Shown here piece by piece: positions 29,883 to 44,328 of a stretch of 64,000 nt of DNA. Under the pieces are notes generated by a model. That model saw nothing but the letters and a program-made list of their open reading frames with translations, ran no database searches and was not told the origin of the DNA. Location: the NCBI RefSeq assembly GCF_009914755.1, contig NC_060943.1; one strand, given 5' to 3'. A program made the position numbers and the translations under genes. The DNA is from the human T2T-CHM13v2.0 reference genome, Homo sapiens. Numbering within the stretch: position 1 is the first letter of the stretch; every line of letters starts with the position of its first letter.

Positions 29883-30994
29883 ATGCTTCCATTTGTTTTG
29901 ATGTCACACAAGCAAAATTAAATTACACTAAATTTTAAATTTTAACATTAAAATACACATGATTTTTACCATTTGTGATACACATTGTATCATATGTATT
30001 CTCAATTGAAATTTCAATTAAAATTCAGTTACCACTCATCAAATTTTACTATGACTATTTCAACTGAAAACATTTTCATATTGCATTTAAAAAGTTTTGA
30101 CGGTTTACTTTTATTTTAGAAATCAAATTATTTCATGAAAACCAAATACTCTTCACCTTAAATTGTCTTTTTTACTCCCATGAAAATCTGTATTCATCTT
30201 CACAAGAAAAAAATGCAAAATTACATTCTTTAAAGTTCAAATACTAAAATTCTTGTATAGTATTTTATGTGACATTGGAAATTTTAAAAAACATGTAATA
30301 AAAATCCCAGTCACGCATGAAGTTATAGCCTTGCCTGCACGTATTGCCTGTAGCCCCAGCCACCCGGAGGCCGAGGTGGGAGGATCACTTGGGTCCAAAT
30401 GGCTGAGACCAGTCTGTGCCACACAGCGAAGCCCTGTCATTTAAAAAAAATTCCTAAACTTCCAAAAATTGGAATAAAATTCATTATTCCTTGACATATT
30501 GAAGAAACAAACAACAGAGAAATGAATTAATGATATAAATAAGGAATCAAAAGGATAAAACACAAATGTCCTGAAAAGATGTTAAAATTCACTAGTAATC
30601 AGGGGAATGTGCATGACAACCACTATCAGTTATCATTCTCACCCACAATACTGATGGAAATAAGAAAAGCTGACAAAATCAAGTGTGAATATGAATGTGT
30701 AGCAATGGAAACTCGTAAACCAGTAGTGGAGATGACTGAAAACACAGCCGCTTTGGAGAATAAACTGGCTGTATCTAGACTTCAAGACACACCTACCCTT
30801 GAAATTATGTGTGGACAAGAAAATGCATATAAAAAGTCCATTGTATTATGGTTTGCTATCAGAAAACAGGGTAACAAACTGAATGTCCATCATCAAAGAA
30901 TGGATACATTGATTATAATATCATCATTGCATTAATACTGTAGCGCAGTTAACATAAATTATTAAAACCACATGTAAACATGGATAAATATTTA

Positions 30995-31389
<395 letters not shown>

Positions 31390-31614
31390 TTAAAATACAA
31401 ACCAAATACATAAATCATGCAGGGGGATTAAGACGTTTCTGGATAGTGGCAACAGCCGAGAGTGGCTGGATGAATTTCAGAGAAATTTCATATATTGCTT
31501 CAATTTTATTTAAAATATATTATTACCTATGTTTTAGATATTTTATTGTAAATAATGGGCAAGGATATTATAAACTCTGCAGAAGTAAGTGTAGTCGTGT
31601 TTTTTCCTACTCAC

Positions 31615-31756
31615 ATTGAAGATGGCCCAGATGCTTGCACTAACCGCGTTTACCGCCCACAGCCATCATGGCGACCGGAAGTCCTGAGAGCTTGTTTCCC
31701 TCGAATCTCAGACAGCCCTCCTTCTCTATGAACATTATTTCAAAAGAAGTTGAGAA
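31615..31756 (-). other. CARD8: Candidate CARD8 5'UTR exon (left-arm promoter module)
   Basis: GTGAGT donor 31614-31609; GGTTTCTCTAG acceptor ending at 31757; other acceptors upstream are possible, so the 5' boundary is uncertain. Confidence 0.7.
31660..31685. promoter_or_regulatory. ETS (CCGGAAGT 31675-31682) plus YY1-like (CATGGCG 31667-31673) promoter core, left arm
   Basis: Motifs read directly; local CpG enrichment within AT-rich surroundings. Confidence 0.65.
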
Positions 31757-31842
31757 CTAGAGAAACCGAAGCTTAAGGGGATTCTCCCATTTGGCCTATC
31801 CTCCCCTAAAGTCACCACCTGCTGCGTTTCTGCAGCGCTTAC

Positions 31843-31939
31843 CATGTGAGTTTCAGGAGCCCCAGGGTGCAGGAAGGAGGAGCGGAGGCTTGTTGCTTGG
31901 ACACTGCCAGGCTGCTCTGTGTTCTGTTCCTCTTGGTCA
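31843..31939 (-). other. CARD8: Candidate CARD8 5'UTR exon or proximal first exon
   Basis: ATG|GTAAGC donor 31842-31837; pyrimidine-rich CTTCTCCCTTTCTTCTCAAG acceptor ending at 31940. Confidence 0.55.
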
Positions 31940-32210
31940 CTTGAGAAGAAAGGGAGAAGTTCCTATGAGGCTGTCGGAAAGGGAAATGGGGCCCTCCGCT
32001 TGTTGAAAACAAAACAAAACCCTCAGGAAGCTTTGCATCCTGTTAGTCATAGCTTAAATTTATGACTTCAATGACTTGGCTGGGACAGTCTTAATAATCT
32101 CTCCATACTCAAGTTGTTTTAATTTCTGTAATAATAATTTTTATACCAATGTTTGTGTTGTTAATACTAATAATTTTACATTGTAACTGTAATCCTTTAA
32201 TTATTACAAG

Positions 32211-33537
32211 TGTTAACCTAAATAACAAACATATGAAAGCTTCCTAAAGGAAACAGTGTTTATTTGGGAATAGAGCATTGCAATTGGGAATAGATATGCC
32301 ATATTAAACTATGTATATATTCAGGAAGATAAAGGAAGACAGAAATGGGGAGGATTGCATATTGTTTTGACAGGATTTTCCTTGGCCACAGGATCAGGCA
32401 CAAAGGTGACATTAGTCTGAGGTTGGACAGGCAGTTGCTGGGCAGCATTCCTTGCAGAAATATTTTTTGTTTAAGGTTGCAATGACCTTTATGCAAGGTT
32501 GTGGGTTTTGTAGAGTCTTTTTCATTTTCAAGCATACAAGGATAAGACCCCCCCTCTTCATGGCTTTCCTGGCTTTATTTGTCAGGGTCATCTTAACATT
32601 AGTGGCTCCATTTTGTTCTGACAACTTTCAGATTTCTCCTTGTGATCAAGAACTTTCTCTAAAAGCATTATTGATCAATCATTCTGTAATTAAGATTTGA
32701 TGTCCCCTGATGCCAGCATGGACCTCTCCCAGTTTGCTGGTCTCATCCCATGTTGTGGGGAGTGACTGGTGACTAGGAATCGATGTCAAAAGCACATTTG
32801 AGCAACAAAAGAGATTTGAAGGATGTGGCTCTCAGGCTAAGTCTCCCTGGAGTCCATTAGTAAGTTCAATTTTGTCTGTTCTACAGTCTTTTGCTATCCC
32901 TTTAAAGTGCTGATTCAGTATTATTTTGTTAGGAGCTGCACCTCTGAAAAAATTTAACAAGTAACACATACAAAGTTTAAAAAGGAGAAATACAAAGTAA
33001 GGGGAAATACAAATTAAGAGCAATATGAGATTTTCAGTTTGCATATGGTTTTGAGCCATAAACCTAGGTTTAAAGACAACTAATTGAAGAACTCAAACAG
33101 TTATTCGAGACAGCAGGGAGTTAGGTGAGACCTGGGGTAACCACATGGCCTGCTTTCTTATTTTGTGTATAGGAGCCTCAACTTTTCTCAGAGGAATTTA
33201 TTCAGGTATAGCATGTCGTATTAGCAACATCACAGACAATTTCTTGCTTAACCAATGGATACTAAAGAATTTTGTAGGTTGGGTTCTGTTAAGTTATAAG
33301 CAGAAGGAATTGATCATAAAATTTAAGTTACACCATTATTCTGCTAAGTAGAAAAGGTCGAATTAAGTGAGATGAAAGTCTCATTATGATATAGAGTCTT
33401 GTTTCAGCATCTTGCAGAAAGTTATACAGTGTGAAAACACCAACTTTTTCTCCTGGTTTGTAGTGTGAACGTCTCTGGTTATGATATTGGGCAGTTTGGT
33501 AAACTATTGTGTGATCCGCATATCAGCCTTGAGGTTT
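32211..33537 (-). mobile_element. ERV1 MER4-group (MER65-like) 3' LTR 32211-32630 plus adjacent internal sequence
   Basis: LTR starts TGAAAGTTGTCAGAACAAAATGGAGC after a purine tract and ends ...TAACA; subfamily and internal boundary approximate. Confidence 0.6.
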
Positions 33538-34197
33538 GTTCCCTCTTTCATTTTCCTCTGGATCACCAACATGCTAATCTACGTTCACATCACTGAAACC
33601 GTAGAGGCCAATACCAATTTCACCATTTCTGGTCCTGGATATTTGCAAGACTGTTGTCAAACTAGGCCATACATACAATAATTTAATATACATTTGGGGC
33701 TTGGATTATATTTCTGTTAAATTGCACTGCTCTATGGGACTTATTTTATTCATTCCACAAATATATTTTGCACATGTTCCTTATTCTTGGTACTATTTAA
33801 TGGATTTGGCATACATCCGTGATCTAAACAGATAAAACTCCCCCAAGGATCATTTATAAATGTCATGGTGATTCGCCATGTCCTGTTTGTGTTCCTCATG
33901 GTCTGGACCAGCATCAACATGGCCAGTCTCCTCTGCAGACACCGGCGGAGAGCCCAGCGTCTGCACAGCCCTAGCCTCTCTTCCCAGCCATCTCCTGAAC
34001 ACAGAGCCACCCATACCATCCTCCTGCTGCTTGGTTGCTTTGTGTGCTTTTATTGCTCAAACAACTTCATCACTCTTTATTTCTTTTATAAATCTGAGAA
34101 AAAATCAAGACTAGAGATGATCACTGGAATTATTTCATCATGCTACCCAACCATCTGCCCTTTTGTGCTAATAAAAAATAATAAAATTATTTCCTAA
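33538..34197 (+). pseudogene. Vomeronasal type-1 receptor (V1R/VN1R-like) pseudogene, C-terminal half (about TM4 to C-terminus)
   Basis: ORF 33865..34197 has V1R hallmarks (LxRHRRRAQRLH, SPEHRATHTILLL, FVCFY, SSCYPTICPFVL); upstream frame FIFLWITNML..NFT..GY..CC; 5' half replaced by ERV sequence; internal insertion. Confidence 0.88.
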
Positions 34198-34898
34198 TTT
34201 ACCTCTTCCTCTCTAAGACAAGAATGATCAGCTCTCAGGGAGCATTCAATGGCTGATCTCAAACCCCATACTTTCTTCTGCAGCTGGGAAGTCTCCATGA
34301 TGACTTTTGTGGAGAAAAAGTCATGCAGTTATTGAGCAATTGAATTAGGGCTAGTTTGAATTGAGGTGTATCATAAATTTAAAAAGCATTCAGGTTTTGA
34401 AGTCAATATAAATAACAGTATATAAATATTATCTTAATAACTTTCACATTGCTGACAAGTTTAAATTATGACATTTTGGGTAAAACGTATGTATATGTTT
34501 TGTTATGTTTACATATATATGCATATTTAAATAAAATACATATACACAAATATGTAAGTAAAACATATGTAAGAATATATATAATATATATAATTTTTTT
34601 TTTTTGAGACAGAGTCTTGCTCTGTCACCCAGGCTGGAGTATGCAGTGGTGTGATCTCAGCTCACTGCGGCCCCCACCTCCTGGATTCAAGCAATCCTCC
34701 CACTTCAGCCTTCCGAGTAGCTAGGATTATAGGTGTGCACCACCATGCCTGGCTAATTTTTTTGTATTTTTTAGTAGAGACAGAGTTTCCCCACGTTGGC
34801 CAGGCTGGTCTAGAACTCCTGACCTCAAGTGAACCGCCTGTGTCAGCCTCCAAAAGTGCTAGGATTGTAGGTGTGAGCCACCGCACTGGCCTTATCAG

Positions 34899-34947
<49 letters not shown>

Positions 34948-36809
34948 GTGTATACATATACAACTACATAGGTATTTTTAAACTAACTGTATCTGCTTGT
35001 TTTTGCTTTTTTAAATGCAGTTGCTAGAAAATTTAATATACATTTGGGGCTTGGATTATATTTCTGTTAAACTGCACTGCTCTATGGCACTTCTTGTATT
35101 CATTCCACAAATACATTTTGCACATGTTCCTTATTCTTGGTACTATTTAATGGGTTGGACATACATCCATGATCTAAACAGATAAAACATAATAGCACAA
35201 GAGATTATACAGAATGTTTGTGGTACAGGAAAACGTATATGTACACATGATAGGAGCTAAAAAGAATAGGACTGGTTAAGAGAATGTGGTGTGTGAGAGT
35301 ACAGGTGCAGGGAGCTGCAGTGACTGGGATTACAGGTATGCATCACCATGCCTGGCTAATTTTTGTATTTTTGTAGAGACGGGGTTTCACCAATTTGGCC
35401 AGGCTGGTCTCGAACTCCTGGCCTCACGTGATCCACCTGCCTCAGCCTCCCAAAGTGCTGTAATTACAGGTGTGAGCCACCGTGCCTGGCCAACATTTAT
35501 CATTTTAAATACTCATCTGCAAAAATGTTTCCAAGTGGGGCCACTTCCCCACCCCTCATATGACAGTGGCAGTGATATACCATATACATGGTTATTAAAA
35601 AGAATCTGGAGCAACAATATGAATGTCAGACAAATTAGGCTTCAAGAGCATTTCCCTCCATCTTACAGGGGATAAACCCAAAGAAGTTATATTAAGATTC
35701 CAATAAAAGAATGCAAGATGACTATCTGTGTAAAAATGTAATCAATGGGGAGCAGGTGCACCTCCAATAATATTAGACAAAATATATTTTACCTAAACAG
35801 CATTACTAAGTATAAAGTAGATCACTTCAATAAGAATAACAATTTTAATTTTGTGTATACATATTCACACTTTCAATATGTATATAGTATACACGGGTAG
35901 AATGATAAACAGATATAGAATAATCCTCCACTCTTGTGGGAAATCTGTTCAATAGTCTTTCAGCAATTAACAGAATAACAGAGTATCAGTAAAGATATAA
36001 AAAATTGACCAAAGCAATTCATATTCTTGACTTAAGTGCCCTAGAATAACAACTCACACAGCCATTGAAGAATCCCCATCATCCTATCTCAAGCATAGAG
36101 GAAACACATAGCATACATATGTAGCCACATAGCAAACACAGAAATGACTATCAACAAAGTGGAAGAGTTTAATGCACAGATTAAGTTATCTGAATATATG
36201 TACAATGAGTTATAAATAATAAATAATTGAGCCAGGTGAAGTAGTACATGCCTGTAATCCCACCTACTTGGGAGGCTGAGGTAGGAGTTTGAGCCCAGGA
36301 GTTTGAGTCTGGTCTGGGCAGCATTGCAAGATCCCATCCCCCAAATAATAAATAAACTAACTAAGTAATCAATAATTGAATGAGAAAAGTTAGCTCATAT
36401 TTCAATATGTTCAATCTTAGGATATATACTTCTAGGCAACCACTTAGTGACAAAAATTCTGTAGAAATCCATCATTGAAAGTTCATTATGTAAATAAATG
36501 TGAAGACTAGATAAGAACCACAGAACACAATGACATTGGAAAAAATGCCACAGTAATTCTTTGAAAAAAGAAATGCAGGCCTGGTGCGGTGGCTCATCCC
36601 TGTAATCCCAGCACTTTGGGAGGCCGAAGTGGGCAGATCACAAGTCAGGGGTTCGAGACCAGCCTGGCCAACATAGTGAAACCCCGTCTCTACTAAAAAC
36701 ACAAAAACAATTAGCTGGGTGTGGTGGTGGGCACCTGTAGTCGCAGCTACTCGGGAGGCTGAGGCAGGAGAGTGCTTTCAGAGAAACTTCTTGATCACAA
36801 GGGGAAATC

Positions 36810-37532
<723 letters not shown>

Positions 37533-37898
37533 CTTCTAATAATTAAAGTTATACAGTTACAGTGTAAAATTATTAGTATTAACAACATAAACATTGGTAT
37601 AAAAATTATTATTACAGAAATTAAAACAAATTGAGTGTGAGAGAGATTATTAAGACTGTCCAAGCCAAGTCACTGAAGTCATAAATTTAAGTTATGACAG
37701 GATGCCGAGCTTCCAGAGGGTTTTGTTTTTAACAAGGGAGGGGCCCTATTTCCCCTTCTGACACGCTCATATGAACTTCTCACTTTGTCGTACTCCTTCC
37801 TTGCTGACTAAGAGGAACAGAACACAGAGCAGCCTGGCGGTGTCCTACCAACAAGCCTCCGTTTCTCCTTCCTGTACGCTAGGGCTCCTGAAACTCAC

Positions 37899-38050
37899 CT
37901 GGTAAGCGCTCCAGAAAAGCAGCAGGTGGTGACTTTAGGGTAGGACGGGCCAAATGGGAGAATCCCCTTAGGTCGGTTTCTCTGGTTCTCAACTTCTTTT
38001 GAAATAACGCTCGCAGAGGAGGTGGGCTTTCTGAGAACTGAGGGAAGTAA
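37899..38050 (-). other. CARD8: Candidate CARD8 distal first exon read from the inverted promoter copy
   Basis: Consensus CAG|GTGAGT donor at 37898-37893 on the minus strand, next to ETS/YY1 motifs; TSS position approximate. Confidence 0.6.
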
Positions 38051-38054
38051 GCTC

Positions 38055-38082
38055 TCAGGACTTCCGGTCGCCATGATGGCTG
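38055..38082. promoter_or_regulatory. Inverted copy of the ETS/YY1 core (ACTTCCGG 38060-38067, CGCCATG 38069-38075); likely bidirectional CARD8/CARD8-AS1 promoter
   Basis: Motifs identical to the reverse complement of the left-arm copy. Confidence 0.65.
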
Positions 38083-38461
38083 TGGGCAGTCAATGGGGTC
38101 AGTGCAAGCATCTGGGCCATCTTTAATGTGGGCAGGAAAAAAACACGATTACACTTACTTCTGCAGAGTTTATAATATCCTTGTTCATTATTTAAAATAA
38201 AATATCTAAGACATAGGTAATAGTATATTTTAAATAAAATTGAAGCAATATATGAAATTTCTCTGGAATTCATCCAGCCACTCTCAGCTGTTACCACTAT
38301 CCAGAAACGTCTTAATCCGCCTGCATGATTTATGTATTTGGTTTGTATTTTAAATATCATTTTCTGTAATATTTAAAAGTTGTATTTGCTTGGTATCCTG
38401 CTATGCATTCTCATGCAATTTGATTTTTAATCAATATTACTTTTTTTTTTTTTTGAGATGA

Positions 38462-38716
<255 letters not shown>

Positions 38717-41716
38717 TGAGCCACTGTGCCCGGCCTTGGTTTCTAAATACTATTTTGAAGTATCTGTGGAGAAATGGTTACTTCGAGGGCTGGGGCAGGA
38801 ATATATAAGATAACATTGGAACAAATTGTGACGCCAGAACATGAAGAAATATTTCAAAAAGGATGGGGCATGTTGACTGAACACAGAAGACAAACATGCA
38901 TGACCTCAGCCTAATCGTGAGAAAACATCAAAGAAATCCAAATTGATAAACATTCTGTAAAATAATTGGCCATGCTCAGCAAAAGTGTCACAATCACAAA
39001 AGACAAGGGAAGAATAAGAAACGGTCACAGCCTGGAGGAATCTAAGGACATAACAACTGAGTGCAATGTGAGATCCTCAATTCGATCTTGGAGAAGAAAG
39101 AGGACGTTAAGAGAAATATTGACAAAATTCAAATAAGGTCTGCACATTAGGTAATGGTAAGATACGTTGACATCAATTTCCTGGTTGGATAATTGTATTA
39201 CATATACTATTATGTATATAATTATTATATTACAATTACATATACAGTTGTATATTATATATAATGCAATAAATGTATATATATGATTATAATACAATAA
39301 ATGTATATATACAGTTTTATATATAACAACTATTATACATATAATACAATTATATATATAGCTAACATCAGGATAGGCTGGTTGAGGATTTATATGAATC
39401 TTTGCTAGTTTTGCATGTTTAAAATTATTTCAACATAAAAAAATTATATGGGTCATGTAGTTTTTTGTGCAGTTTAATTCTAGGCACCATAGTTTCTGTT
39501 TTAATGGGTGTATTTTCTTCTTTCATGGAATTGGGATAGTCTGTTGTATTAAAAACCTATTCATTTTTGTACATTAAGATTCTTCTGGCCAGGTGCAATG
39601 GCTCAAGCCTATAATCCCAGTACTTGGGAACCTGAGGCAGGCAGATCACCTGAGGTCAGGAGTTCAAGACCAGCATGTCCAACATGGTGAAACCCCATCT
39701 CTACTAAAAATACAAAAAAAATTAGCCAGGCATGGTGGCGCATGCCTGTAATCCCAGCTACTTGGGAGGCTGAGGAGGAGACTCACTAGAACTCAGGAAG
39801 CAGAGGTTGCAGTGAGCCAAGACTGCGCCACTGCACTCTGGCCTAAGCAACAGAGGGAGACTCCATCTCAAAAAAAAAAAAAGATTATTTCTCTAACTTA
39901 CTGGTTTATCTTTTGTAGCTTATTTCAGGTGATTTGTTGTGTTTGTCTATAGAGTAAAATAACATGTCTAATGAGTTATAATTTAATGTCCTTCCATTCA
40001 ATCACTGTATTTCAAATTTATTCCAATATTTTGGAATAAGCTTCCAATATTTTAACTTAAATAGGGAAGGTCATACTTGGTATTTTCCTGACCTCAGCTG
40101 GAATGCCTTCATAGTGTTCACATGAACACATTTGGCCTGAGAGAGACTTATTATGCCGAGAATGTGTGTAACCCTTTTTACTTAGGAATTGTGGGTGGAG
40201 TTTTTCCCCCCGCCCAAGAATGATTGTTAATTTCCGTCCATCATTTTCCTTTGATTGTTCTTCATCTCGAAAATAAATAATAAAATAATAAAATAAATAA
40301 AACTTCCTGGTCTTCTCACCTATTTTCTTGCAGTGCCTTTAAGCAATGCTCTGCCAATATCTTTTTCTTAATTATTATGGAATGCATGGGACCGTTCCAT
40401 GCCTGATTATATGCAGAATGTTCTTTCTACAAGTGAGTTTTTGTAGTATTTCTGTACTCTGTCACACTAGGGCATTTCTCTGTTTTCAAGGATCTCCCAA
40501 CCACACCGCCTCTACCACATTTATCTCCTGCTCAGCCTCCACTCCAACTGCCCAGACCTCACAGCTCTTGTATTCAAACTCTATCGATAAATCACCGAGT
40601 ATGAGGCTTTACTCACAGGAAATTACTCTTCTGGCACTTCCTGGCTTCTTTATGTTTTCTCACTCTGCACTTCCTCCCTGTTCCTCCGCCATGCTTCACC
40701 CTGACTTAACACAGTTTTGTCAGCCAGTGAGAAACATGTGGATCTGTGAATTCTATCTGTCTCCTCGTTATTCTGAAAATGGAGTTTTCATGGACTTTTC
40801 CGTTCACCTTATTGCTTTCATTGATACTCAGTAATAGACAAGATAAACTGTTATTTCTCATTGCCTTGTTCATTTCAGAAGTACCAGGTAGAATTTTACA
40901 ATTCTTGCCTTGATACATATTCCCAGTAATTGTTGAGTGATTTAATTGTATGTTGTCTTGATATTACTTTGGTCATATATTACATTATTTCTCATTTTTG
41001 AATATCTGGATTTACATAAATTCTGTGTAATTCAGGTTTGTATTTATCCAAGTTCTCAGAAACTACAACTGCTGTAATTGATCATAACTCTCCTAATACA
41101 GGTGTAACTAAAGTGAGAGATGCTTTTTGACTCATGAAAAAAAGGACTGTAGACCAAGTCTCAATAACTTCTACTTAATCCTATAGAAAGTTAGCCAAGA
41201 TAATGTACACCTTCTTTAAGATTCTTATAAGGAAAAGATTCCATTTTGTTTCTTGAAATGAGGTATTGCTTTGTCACCCAGACTGGAATGCAGCGGTGCC
41301 ATCATAGCTCACTGCGACCTTAAACTCCTGGGCTCAAGGGATCCTCTCACTTCAGCCTCCCGAGTAGCTGGGACTACAGGCACAAACCACTGTGCCTGGC
41401 TTCATGAGAAAAAATTAAATATATAAAGGTACTAGGTAAAGTAATACTAAATAAGAAGTAATTTGAATGCATACTATATTAACTCTGGAATAACGATACT
41501 TAAGTAAAAGAAAAGTGTTCGTTATAACAAAGGGAAGCTTGTAGTTCAGAGGATAGCTAAATTAAATCTGTTGCAGGCTGTGAGAGACATAACAAACATA
41601 AACACATGAAATATGTAGATTTTTATATTTTTATTGAAAATTGGATAGAAATATTTGGTTTGTTCAGTTGGAACATGTGAGTTGATTATTATGCATATAA
41701 ATAAACAGACATTCAG

Positions 41717-42719
41717 TGTAGGGGCCAGCCCTACAGGGTCTGTGGGTCTTTCTCCCCTTGTGCGGAGATGAGAGATCGTAGAAATAAAGACACAAGACAA
41801 AGAAATAGAAGAAAAGACAACTGGGCCCGGGGGACCACTACCACCAAGATGCGGAGACCAGCAGTGGCCCCGAATGCCTGGCTGTGCTGATATTTATTGG
41901 ATACAAGGCAAAAGGGGCAGGGTAAGGAGTGTGAGTCATCTCTAATGATTGATAAGGTCACATGAGTCACGTTTCCACCGGACAGGGGGCCCCTCCCTGT
42001 TTGGCAGCCCTGGTGGAGAGAGAGAGGAGACAGCTTATGCCATTATTTCTGCATTTCAGAGACTTTTAGTACTTTTACTGATTTTGCTACTGCTATCTAG
42101 AGGGCGGAGCCAGGTGTACAGAGTGGAACATGAAAGTGAAACAGGAGCGTGACCGCTGAAGCACAGCATCACAGGGAGCCGGTTAGGCCTCCGGATAACT
42201 GCGGGCGGGCCTGACTGATGTCAGGCCTTCCACAAGAGACGGTGGAGCAGAGTCTTCTCTAACTCCCCCGGGGAAAGAGAGACTCCCTTTCCTGGCCCAC
42301 TAAGTAACGGGTGCCTTTTCTAGGCACTGACGCTACCGCTAGACCAAGGTCCGCTAAGTAACAGGTGCCTTCCCAGACGCCGGCATTACCGCTAGACCAG
42401 GGAGCCCTCTAGTGGCCATGTCTGGGTGTGACAGAAGGCTCGCACTCTCGTCTTCTAGTCACTTCTCACCGTGCCCCTTCAGCTCCTATCTCTGTATGGC
42501 CTGGTTTTTCCTAGGTTATGATTGTAGAGCGAGGATTATTATAACATTGGAATAAAGGGTAATTGCTACAAACTAATGATTAATGATATTCATATATAAT
42601 CATATCTATGATCTAGATCTAGTATAACTATTCTTATTTTATATATTTTCTTTATTATACTGGAACAGCTCGTGCCCTCGGTCTCTCGCCTCGGCACCTG
42701 GGTGGCTTTCCGCCCCACA
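41717..42719 (-). mobile_element. Solo LTR13-type (ERVK class) LTR, right arm only
   Basis: TG...CA ends, ~1 kb; minus strand begins TGTGGGGCGGAAAGCCACCCAGGTGCCGAGGC; 6-bp TSD attcag/actcag. Confidence 0.85.
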
Positions 42720-43967
42720 ACTCAGGTGTTGCAGATAAATTCATTGGTGGTAAAATAAAACGTTTGTATAGGGTTTTGGAATTCAAATCTTTAAAATCAC
42801 TTCTCTGAATTTCCATTAGATGATTATTGCTACCAATAAAATTTTAGTAGGTAAACACAACCACCTTCTAAGAACTTAGAACTCTCAGACTGGGCACGAT
42901 GGCTCACGTCTGTAATCCCAGAACTTTGGGAGGCCAAGGCAGGCAGATCACCTGAGGTCGGGAGTTCAAGACCAGCCTGAGCAACATGGAGAAACCCTGT
43001 CTCTACTAAAAATACAAAATTAGCCAGGTGTGGTGGCGCATGCCTGTAATCCCAGCTACTCAGGAGGCTGAGACGGGAGAATTGCTTGAACCTGAGATCG
43101 CGCCATTGCACTCCAGCTTGGCAACAAGAGAGAAACTCCGTCTAAAAAAAACAAAAAAGAACTTAGAACTCTCCAATATTAAATGGCCAGTTCCCTCAGA
43201 ATAAAAACAAACCAAAATATTGCAACCAAAGTGAACTTTGAATAATTAATTCAATTGTTACACTTTCTTCTTAAGTTGTGAAGAACTTCAAAATGACGTG
43301 ACTATATAACAATAGTGAGATGCAAACAAAGAACAAAAACTACCACAAAAGAAATTGTGAATTTCATTCAGCAGCTTTACTGTTAGTCTTAATATGGTGC
43401 TTATTAGGAGTTGGTTTTGCATTGCTCAGTAGCAGAGATATAATTACAGCTTGTTTTATGTGGTAATATAATATAAAAGTATACCCTCTCTAGCCTTGTC
43501 TACTGACAGAATTACGTGCAATGTCACAGCAAGAGCCTGATGTATCTGCCCAGAATTCTTGTTTTGATCTGTAAATCTCTAATAGTAATTGTGAAGAGCT
43601 CAACTCAGTATGGAAACTGATCTGGTCACGCATTTTTTTTCAGCATCTTAAATAAACAGCACAGAGTCTGAGGCCACACTATGCTGGACACACTGTAATC
43701 GCACAAACAAAATTGTAGGGCTTTGTTCCAAGATGGTGTTAAGACTTGATCTATGGATAAGATCAACTTGTGGGTGATTCAGAGGTGCACCCACTAGTTC
43801 CCTGCAACCAGAAATGGTAAACCTACTTGTCTGTTTAAAGATGCTTGAAACAATATTGCAGAGAGAGGATGGTGAGACAGTGGAGTGCTGTATGATGGTG
43901 AGTGTTAAACACAATTTGATTTATTAAAATTAAGTTGCATTCCTTGGATACAAATAGTTCGTTTTAA

Positions 43968-44328
<361 letters not shown>

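Noticed and set aside
40346-40834. 162-aa ORF in the right arm as a novel protein
   Set aside because: No recognisable domain, frameshifted in the left-arm paralogue (26367-26812), and lies past the likely AATAAA cluster; similarity between the two ORFs only reflects the duplication
43630-43910. Possible decayed NLRP/LRR-type exon in the right-arm-only segment
   Set aside because: All three + frames contain stops and show no convincing motif; cannot be supported without BLASTX
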